From Prasinococcaceae sp. CCMP 1430 (taxonomy: Eukaryota > Plantae > Prasinodermophyta): DNA of 12,802 nt. Made by a program: the position numbers and the translations under genes. The notes beneath the pieces were generated by a model. It did not search any database, had not been told where the DNA came from, and worked only from the letters and a program-made list of their open reading frames with translations. The stretch is from positions 69,951-82,752 of the forward strand of contig RQSC01001371.1 in assembly GCA_013416795.1 (NCBI GenBank), given 5' to 3'. Below are positions 8,642 through 12,802 of the stretch, in pieces; position 1 is the stretch's first letter, and every line of letters begins with the position of its first letter.

Positions 8642-8696
8642 AACTTGCGATTATTCCGCTGGCGCCGCTGCTCGACATCGAGCGATCCCGGTGTCC
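8642..8696. other. 55-bp block that is the non-reversed complement of 6096-6150 and 10909-10963
   Basis: aacttgcgattattccgctgg...cccggtgtcc versus ttgaacgctaataaggcgacc...gggccacagg: every base is complemented in place. Confidence 0.97.
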
Positions 8697-8701
8697 GGCA
8701 G

Positions 8702-10186
8702 TCAGGGGGCGTCGTAGAACTCGCAGAGCATGAACACTTTCTGCTGCTTCGGGAGACTCTTCTCCTGGCCTCGCATCGCGAGGTCAAGTGCCGTCTTGCC
8801 GGCCTTGGTGCGCGCGTGCGTGTCGGCCCCCCGCTCGAGTAGCAGCCCAAGGACGTCGATGCAGCCGCGCTGAGCGGCACGATGCAGAGGCGTGTAGCCG
8901 TTGTTGTCTGCCTTCTCCTTGTCGGCTCCCGCGTCGAGGAGCAACTCCATGCACCTCACTGGCCGACCGGGCCAATGGGTATCGTTGCTGCTCGCATCAG
9001 CGCGCTCCACGTTTCGGCACGACGGCCACGCTAGACGGAACAGAAACAGCCGCGGGAACTCGAGCAGCAGCCTGACACAGTCGTCGTTGCCATGCCGAGC
9101 TGCGACCTGCAATGGCGTGCGACCGTCACCGCCTGCTTTGTCTTTGTGGTCGCCCGCCTCGAGCAGCAACCGCACACAATCAGCGCCCCCATAGCGTCGC
9201 CGAGCTGCGGCGTGCAAAGGCGCGTTGCCATCGGGATCTGTCTTGTCTTTGTCAGCGCCCGCCTCGAGCAGCAACCGCAAGGAGTCGGTAGAATCGTGAG
9301 AAGCTGCCAAATGCATTGGCGTTTTGCCCCTGGGGTCTGCCGCGTCCTTGTGAGCGCCCGCCTTGAGCAGCAGATCGAGGCAACCTGCTCTGTTGTGGAG
9401 AGCTGCGCAGTGCACAGGCGCGTAGCCTTCCCGATCGGTCTTGTGCATGTCAGCGCCCGCCTCGAGCAGCAGCCGCAGGCAGGTGACCTCGTCGTGCCCG
9501 CGTGCAGTAACCGCGTGATGCACAGGCGTTTCGCCATGCCTATCGGACTTGTCCATGTCAGCGCCCGCCTCGAGCAGCAGACTGAGGCAGCCGGGTTGGC
9601 CCTTTGCTGCGAGATGCAGCGGACCCCGGCCGTCGGTCTCGTACGCGTGCGTAGGATAAGCGAGGTTGACTTCAGTGCCCGTGTTGGCGCCGCGCGCGAG
9701 GGCGTAGCGGAGCGCGTGTTCCTTCCCGTGAGACGCCGCATTCACCAGCAACTGGTCCGCCCCAATCTCCTGGACGAGCTCGTCCAGGGCCGCGTCTCCC
9801 GCCTCGCGCGTCGCGTCGAGCTCCTCGCGCAACGCGCGCACGGCGCGCGCGTTGGTTGTCAGCGCCCGCGTGGCGAGCAGCACCGCATGGCGCACGCTCG
9901 CCGCCGACGCGGCGCTTGCGTCGCAGTGGGCCGTCTCGGACTGCTCCCTAGACGCCCAGGCGTATTCTCCATAAGCTGCATTTCGTCGCGCCCTCCACGG
10001 ATAGGTTCTGTAGAGACGAGTCAGGCTCATGGCCCAGGTCCTGTCCCCCCGCGCCAGGCGGCCCTCCGCGCGCGCCCGGCGGACCTCCGCCGCGGTCACG
10101 CCCAGCGCCCGCGTCGTTAGCAGCAGCGCCTGGCGCGCGCGCTCGGCCGCCGCGGCGTCATCGCCACCGCCGCCGCCGCCAAACAT
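8702..10186 (-). CDS. Ankyrin-repeat protein ANK-B1 (~9 repeats, ~494 aa); one repeat corrupted by a complemented block
   Basis: ATG at 10186 (MFGGGGGGDDAAAAERARQALLL...), in frame with the ankyrin repeats; TGA at 8702-8704. The off-consensus peptide FPRLFLFRLAWPSCRNVER replaces LGADKDKADRTGSTALHLA of the sister copy. Confidence 0.75.
   Translation of the reverse strand: MFGGGGGGDDAAAAERARQALLLTTRALGVTAAEVRRARAEGRLARGDRTWAMSLTRLYRTYPWRARRNAAYGEYAWASREQSETAHCDASAASAASVRHAVLLATRALTTNARAVRALREELDATREAGDAALDELVQEIGADQLLVNAASHGKEHALRYALARGANTGTEVNLAYPTHAYETDGRGPLHLAAKGQPGCLSLLLEAGADMDKSDRHGETPVHHAVTARGHDEVTCLRLLLEAGADMHKTDREGYAPVHCAALHNRAGCLDLLLKAGAHKDAADPRGKTPMHLAASHDSTDSLRLLLEAGADKDKTDPDGNAPLHAAARRRYGGADCVRLLLEAGDHKDKAGGDGRTPLQVAARHGNDDCVRLLLEFPRLFLFRLAWPSCRNVERADASSNDTHWPGRPVRCMELLLDAGADKEKADNNGYTPLHRAAQRGCIDVLGLLLERGADTHARTKAGKTALDLAMRGQEKSLPKQQKVFMLCEFYDAP
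8828..10089. repeat. ~1.26-kb segmental duplication, matching 11095-12356 apart from the complemented block
   Basis: Offset 2267; identical translations in the supplied frames outside 9002-9056. Confidence 0.92.
9002..9056. other. 55-bp block that is the non-reversed complement of 11269-11323 and 6456-6510
   Basis: gcgctccacgtttcggcacg...cagccgcggg versus cgcgaggtgcaaagccgtgc...gtcggcgccc: every base is complemented in place. Confidence 0.97.
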
Positions 10187-10235
10187 CTCTCTCTCTCTGG
10201 TTGCGCACAAGCCCGCGCGCGCTCGTGCGCGCACN

Positions 10236-10407
10236 GGCGAGAAAGGTCCTCGGCCCGGTCGAACTCCTCCCGCGCCAGTTGGCGCTCCGCGCGCGCCCGG
10301 CGCACGTCGGCCGCGCTCACGCCCAGAGTTTGCGTCGCCAGCAGCAGCGCCTGGCGCGCGCGCTCGGCCGCCGCGCGCGCGGCGCCGCTGCCGCCGCCGG
10401 CGTCCAT
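10236..10407 (-). pseudogene. Detached 5' fragment of ANK-A (MDAGGGSGAARAAAERARQALLLATQTLG...), cut at a single-N join
   Basis: 10236-10376 is identical to 8147-8287 (141 bp); ATG at 10407. Joining 10407-10236 to 8146-6156 gives an intact 720-aa ORF, so this may be an assembly fragment rather than a true pseudogene. Confidence 0.7.
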
Positions 10408-10565
10408 CCCCGCTGGCACAGGCGCAGCGCACACAGCACGTTGTTCTGCCGCGCCCACTGTACCGCACGCTGCGCACACCGCTGTCGCCGTCGCCGTCGC
10501 GCGCGCGCCAACAGCACAAAGCGCTGCGCTGTCACATCACGCGAACGAACCATAGCGACTGAGTG
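10408..10565 (-). promoter_or_regulatory. Putative 5' leader/promoter of ANK-A, paralogous to 12399-12552
   Basis: Directly upstream of the ATG; clearly homologous to the region upstream of ANK-B2, including a 34-bp identical block (10518-10551 = 12507-12540). Confidence 0.5.
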
Positions 10566-10566
10566 T

Positions 10567-10611
10567 GCATTTCTAACTGAAATCGCAAAAGGCGATTTCA
10601 GTTAGAAATGC
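10567..10611. repeat. Perfect inverted repeat: 20-bp arms, 5-nt loop, AT-rich
   Basis: GCATTTCTAACTGAAATCGC-AAAAG-GCGATTTCAGTTAGAAATGC; the arms are exact reverse complements. Confidence 0.97.
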
Positions 10612-10968
10612 TCTTTCGAACCGATGGTCAATTCGATCGGCCATCGCACCCATCGTCACCCCCATCGCGCAGTGGCGGCGGGGAAATCGCGCGCCTGCGC
10701 GCGCGGGGCGTTCGGCAGGTTTGGGTCTGGATGGGCAATACTGCACTGTAGGGTTTATAAGGGTACCATCATATCATACTGACCCCGCCCGCGGGCGTGG
10801 GCGCCGGCCGGCCACTGACTGAACGCAGCCACCTGACAACATGTGCTCGAGCCCGCGATTGAGGGTACTCGAGCGGTGGGAGGTGTGTTGGCTCGGGGCG
10901 GCAGCAACTTGAACGCTAATAAGGCGACCGCGGCGACGAGCTGTAGCTCGCTAGGGCCACAGGGGCAG
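10610..10968. repeat. Inter-ANK spacer module, diverged copy C
   Basis: Aligns to 5804-6155 with scattered substitutions and a different central ~58-bp segment. Confidence 0.9.
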
Positions 10969-12398
10969 TCAGGGGGCGTCGTAGAACTCGCGGAGCATGA
11001 ACACTTTCTGCTGCTTCGGGAGGCTCTTCTCCTGGCCTCGCATCGCGAGGTCAAGTGCCGTCTTGCCGGCCTTGGTGCGCGCGTGCGTGTCGGCCCCCCG
11101 CTCGAGTAGCAGCCCAAGGACGTCGATGCAGCCGCGCTGAGCGGCACGATGCAGAGGCGTGTAGCCGTTGTTGTCTGCCTTCTCCTTGTCGGCTCCCGCG
11201 TCGAGGAGCAACTCCATGCACCTCACTGGCCGACCGGGCCAATGGGTATCGTTGCTGCTCGCATCAGCCGCGAGGTGCAAAGCCGTGCTGCCGGTGCGAT
11301 CTGCCTTGTCTTTGTCGGCGCCCAACTCGAGCAGCAGCCTGACACAGTCGTCGTTGCCATGCCGAGCTGCGACCTGCAATGGCGTGCGACCGTCACCGCC
11401 TGCTTTGTCTTTGTGGTCGCCCGCCTCGAGCAGCAACCGCACACAATCAGCGCCCCCATAGCGTCGCCGAGCTGCGGCGTGCAAAGGCGCGTTGCCATCG
11501 GGATCTGTCTTGTCTTTGTCAGCGCCCGCCTCGAGCAGCAACCGCAAGGAGTCGGTAGAATCGTGAGAAGCTGCCAAATGCATTGGCGTTTTGCCCCTGG
11601 GGTCTGCCGCGTCCTTGTGAGCGCCCGCCTTGAGCAGCAGATCGAGGCAACCTGCTCTGTTGTGGAGAGCTGCGCAGTGCACAGGCGCGTAGCCTTCCCG
11701 ATCGGTCTTGTGCATGTCAGCGCCCGCCTCGAGCAGCAGCCGCAGGCAGGTGACCTCGTCGTGCCCGCGTGCAGTAACCGCGTGATGCACAGGCGTTTCG
11801 CCATGCCTATCGGACTTGTCCATGTCAGCGCCCGCCTCGAGCAGCAGACTGAGGCAGCCGGGTTGGCCCTTTGCTGCGAGATGCAGCGGACCCCGGCCGT
11901 CGGTCTCGTACGCGTGCGTAGGATAAGCGAGGTTGACTTCAGTGCCCGTGTTGGCGCCGCGCGCGAGGGCGTAGCGGAGCGCGTGTTCCTTCCCGTGAGA
12001 CGCCGCATTCACCAGCAACTGGTCCGCCCCAATCTCCTGGACGAGCTCGTCCAGGGCCGCGTCTCCCGCCTCGCGCGTCGCGTCGAGCTCCTCGCGCAAC
12101 GCGCGCACGGCGCGCGCGTTGGTTGTCAGCGCCCGCGTGGCGAGCAGCACCGCATGGCGCACGCTCGCCGCCGACGCGGCGCTTGCGTCGCAGTGGGCCG
12201 TCTCGGACTGCTCCCTAGACGCCCAGGCGTATTCTCCATAAGCTGCATTTCGTCGCGCCCTCCACGGATAGGTTCTGTAGAGACGAGTCAGGCTCATGGC
12301 CCAGGTCCTGTCCCCCCGCGCCAGGCGGCCCTCCGCGCGCGCCCGGCGGACCTCCGNGCGCGCGCGGCGCCGCTGCCGCCGCCGGCGTCCACGTCCAT
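10969..12398 (-). CDS. Ankyrin-repeat protein ANK-B2 (~9 repeats); 5' end broken at single-N join 12357
   Basis: Ankyrin repeats to TGA at 10969-10971. The putative start MDVDAGGGSGAAR (ATG 12398) is out of frame across the N, and the AAERARQALLL...GVTAA segment present in ANK-B1 is missing. Confidence 0.8.
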
Positions 12399-12552
12399 CC
12401 CCGCTGGCACGGGCGCAGCGCACACCGCACGGCGTTCTGCCGCGCCCACTGTGCCGCACGCTGCGCACCCCGCCGTCGCCGTCGCCATCGCGCGCGCAAC
12501 CACAAAAAAGCGCTGCGCTGTCACATCACGCGAACGAACCCGAGCGACTGAG
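12399..12552 (-). promoter_or_regulatory. Putative 5' leader/promoter of ANK-B2
   Basis: Paralog of 10408-10565, directly upstream of ATG 12398. Confidence 0.5.
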
Positions 12553-12753
12553 TTTGGGTACTGCACATCTAATTAGGGTCAAACATGTGAACCCCGATCG
12601 GCACATTCCGGTGCATGTGAACGTGCGCCTGTCGATCGAAGTCTGTCGAGGACCCCCATGCCAGGTGTGCCGGAGATTTCATCCATTCTTCTCGCCGGTC
12701 GGGTGCGCGCGCGGGCGCGCGGGCGAGCGGCCGTGCCCATGCGCACGCCAGCC

Positions 12754-12767
12754 TTTTTTTTTTTTTT
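12754..12767 (+). repeat. T14 homopolymer followed by a (GC)n run
   Basis: Read directly. Confidence 0.85.
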
Positions 12768-12802
12768 CTTGTGCGCGCGCGCGCGTGGGCGGCTTCGCGG
12801 AG

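Noticed and set aside
8288-8678. The 840-aa ORF's N-terminal extension (MSSSGASGIIASF...GDPLRC)
   Set aside because: Its ATG lies inside the complemented 55-bp block, and the rest is translated spacer repeat that is non-coding in copies A and C.
8642-9056. SOLiD colour-space errors as the cause of the complemented blocks
   Set aside because: A colour error can complement downstream bases, but two independent blocks of identical 55-bp length aligned to repeat boundaries fit a k-mer handling bug better.
6156-12398. CRISPR-like array or endogenous giant-virus origin
   Set aside because: The 99-bp periodicity is ankyrin coding repeat with no repeat-spacer structure. No viral hallmark gene is present, and base composition matches the flanking host genes; a viral origin is not excluded but is unsupported here.
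6336-12576. Long plus-strand ORFs antisense to the ANK genes (6336-6965, 7158-8555, 9092-10120, 11149-12576) with repeated LEQQLKAA
   Set aside because: Shadow frames: the reverse complement of the codon-biased LLLEAG repeats lacks stops; there is no independent protein signal.
12577-12705. Possible plus-strand exon before a GTGCGC donor
   Set aside because: Short, no start or homology recognised, and truncated by the window edge.

Overview
GC-rich eukaryotic DNA with spliceosomal GT-AG introns and many (GC)n runs; it looks microalgal or protist-like, but the taxon cannot be fixed from sequence. It is a draft scaffold with a 757-nt N gap (3927-4683) and single-N joins at 5551, 10235 and 12357. 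Left half: a disordered hypothetical gene (+, 183-2036) converges on a probably two-exon acidic, RS-containing gene (-, 2208-3799). After the gap come a possible C-terminal exon (+) and an orphan 3' exon of the SUMO E2 Ubc9/SCE1 (-, 4971-5237). Right half: a minus-strand tandem array of intronless ankyrin-repeat genes (ANK-A about 15 repeats; ANK-B1 and ANK-B2 about 9 repeats each). They share a duplicated N-terminal helical module, an identical C-terminal tail (QQKVFMLCEFYDAP), paralogous upstream regions and a repeated ~350-bp spacer. The most striking observation is two blocks of exactly 55 bp (8642-8696 and 9002-9056) that are the base-by-base complement, not the reverse complement, of the same positions in sister copies. 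They bracket a chimeric A-to-B junction, which points to a gap-filling or k-mer software artefact rather than biology, so the copy number of the array is uncertain. More plausibly biological oddities are a perfect AT-rich 20-bp hairpin at a module junction, a duplicated copy of the stop-codon tail in the 3' spacer, the ANK family architecture itself, and FFAT-like motifs.
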